DNA of 63,999 nucleotides, filler included, from Basidiobolus ranarum (Eukaryota): NCBI GenBank assembly GCA_040143965.1. It is 3 parts of 3 records of this genome, joined end to end, with 100 filler letters (N's around TTAATTAATTAA, not from the genome) between each part and the next. Parts side by side here need not be neighbours in the genome. Positions count along the whole stretch, not along the records: positions 46,666 to 63,999 come from JASJQH010007182.1; 2 more parts are not named here. One strand, 5' to 3'. Shown piece by piece: positions 62,410 to 63,999 of this stretch (position 1 is its first letter; each line of letters starts with the position of its first letter). The notes under the pieces were generated by a model. It saw only the letters and a program-made list of their open reading frames with translations, ran no database searches and was not told where the DNA came from. The position numbers and the translations under genes were made by a program.

Positions 62410-62826
62410 TTCAAGTATCTAACAAGATATTTGCCAAAAACATTATTTATATAGTAAAATTCATTCCTTTGATTTTACTAGCGACTCGGGCCAATTTCAA
62501 GTACATTACTAATGAATTCGAGTGCAGTATGTGATCTATAGGATAATTTCCCGACTGATGCTCGCCATCTAACATCATATAGGACAGCCCCAAGGGCACT
62601 TTTTACTTCTACCGTGTTATATGCAGTACGCGGGGAATTTTGGTTTCCTCGTGAGATGGAAATATTGAGAGGTGTAGTGTAGATATGGTAATTTTCCGAT
62701 CCTTACAGTAGCTTGAATTCAAATAATCACAATTCAGTTGAATGTATATTTTCGGATACAACAGGGTTATAAATATCATCCCAAGTAGCTCACAAAAAGA
62801 TATTACCCTTACATCTTACAACTACA

Positions 62827-63141
62827 ATGCACTTCCTCAACCTTCTATCTATGATCACCATTGCTACCCTTGTATCAGGACAAGAAATTAGCTTCAACTC
62901 TGGCAGTATCCCAACATCAAGTCTTCCTGACAGTTTGATAAACAGCGTAACCACAACAAGCCCCTCAGCAGTTACTAGCTCTACACCCAGAGGAATCCCC
63001 TCGCAGACTTATACTAAAATTTCAGTCAATCGAGTTGCCACTCAATCTCCAACTTCCACGGCGGTCACTAATGAAGCAGTCAATTTTGTACCTGGACCTA
63101 TACATGTATTCATAATTGCCGCTTTAGTTAGCCTGATTTAG
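62827..63141 (+). CDS. Small secreted Ser/Thr-rich protein, possibly GPI-anchored; paralogue of 62080-62409
   Basis: Signal peptide, hydrophobic C-terminus, motif RGIPSQTYTKISVNRVATQ, TATAAAT at ~62768. Confidence 0.75.
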   Translation: MHFLNLLSMITIATLVSGQEISFNSGSIPTSSLPDSLINSVTTTSPSAVTSSTPRGIPSQTYTKISVNRVATQSPTSTAVTNEAVNFVPGPIHVFIIAALVSLI

Positions 63142-63427
63142 ACAAACAGCTAACATAATTATATTATCTTAACTTATTTATTATGTCAATCCCACTTTAA
63201 GTTTCCAGCGGCTAGAATTGGACAATATGGTAGCAATATATATATGAATTGGAGAATATAGTAGTCATATATATAAGATTGATATCCAAATTCCCTTTTT
63301 CAGTAAATACAGAAATTATGAAATCCAAATAAAAATAAGCTAAATTACATGGAATTTACCATCAGATCTAGATAATTACGAATCTTGTGTAATACGTTAT
63401 TTACCAAATCAAGCCACGGGGCGCATA

Positions 63428-63788
63428 TGTTCTGATTTTCAGCTAAGTGATACTTGACTAAGTAATATTAACTAACTTATATGTGATATATGAGATAGTT
63501 AGGTGTATAAAGATAGAGATAACAAATATGATAAAGACAATAAACTTCAACAGTTACATGTAGAATATGCTAAGGAAGGTCCCAGGAACATGTGTGCAAG
63601 GTTTAGGGCTTCTAGCACAACCTTGAAAAAATCTGCATATTAGAGAACTTCTACATTGGTAGAAATGTTCCAGGTAAACTCCAATTGAGAACAACAGGTA
63701 ATATCTTAGTTAGTATAAGATAACTAACTACTAAGCAATGTATGACCATATATGTGTTTAGACAATGCTAATTTCAACACTCTCCCTC
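63428..63788 (-). mobile_element. Possible LTR-retrotransposon remnant (PPT + ~350 bp LTR)
   Basis: Minus strand TTGAGGGAGAG|TGTTG (copia-like PPT/LTR junction at 63779), with a possible end ...GAACA at 63428. No coding part is seen. Confidence 0.33.
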
Positions 63789-63999
63789 AACTTGTTGGAT
63801 AATTAATCTTTATTCAACATCATAGTTAACTTTAGTTATGATACATATATCAGAAACAGAAAGCAACGTATCTATAGCTCCTATATTTTAAATAGGAATA
63901 TCTCTATATCTATATAACAAGTATGTCTTATTACCCCCACTTATCTATTATATCTTATTACACAAACTCCTGAATATCTCAAATCATTGATTTACTTTT

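Overview
Gene-dense, AT-rich eukaryotic DNA with short GT-AG introns and two scaffold gaps. Gene content (THI5/NMT1, YPK1, MMACHC, TMA7, BRF1, DOHH, ProRS) points to an early-diverging, non-Dikarya fungus; a Basidiobolus-like origin is only my inference. About 30 protein-coding genes can be supported. Highlights: (1) a three-gene cassette at 23.7-29.9 kb encoding a YSL-clade OPT transporter, a ZIF1/TOM1-like MFS transporter and a nicotianamine synthase, a candidate plant-style metallophore synthesis/export/uptake cluster in a fungus; (2) a TPP riboswitch in the 3' UTR of THI5/NMT1 with a candidate splicing platform; (3) six copies of a 166-nt structured RNA that looks like an H/ACA snoRNA guiding LSU pseudouridine 2944 (yeast numbering, snR37-like), with extra A-loop complementarity, each behind a fixed-spacing RTCCCAY + TATA promoter; (4) an intronless secreted bacterial-type M15 peptidoglycan peptidase; (5) a recent ~3.6 kb tandem duplication carrying the RNA copies and a DM9 lectin. 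Family calls rest on motif recognition only, rRNA target sequences are recalled from memory, and multi-exon CDS spans include introns.
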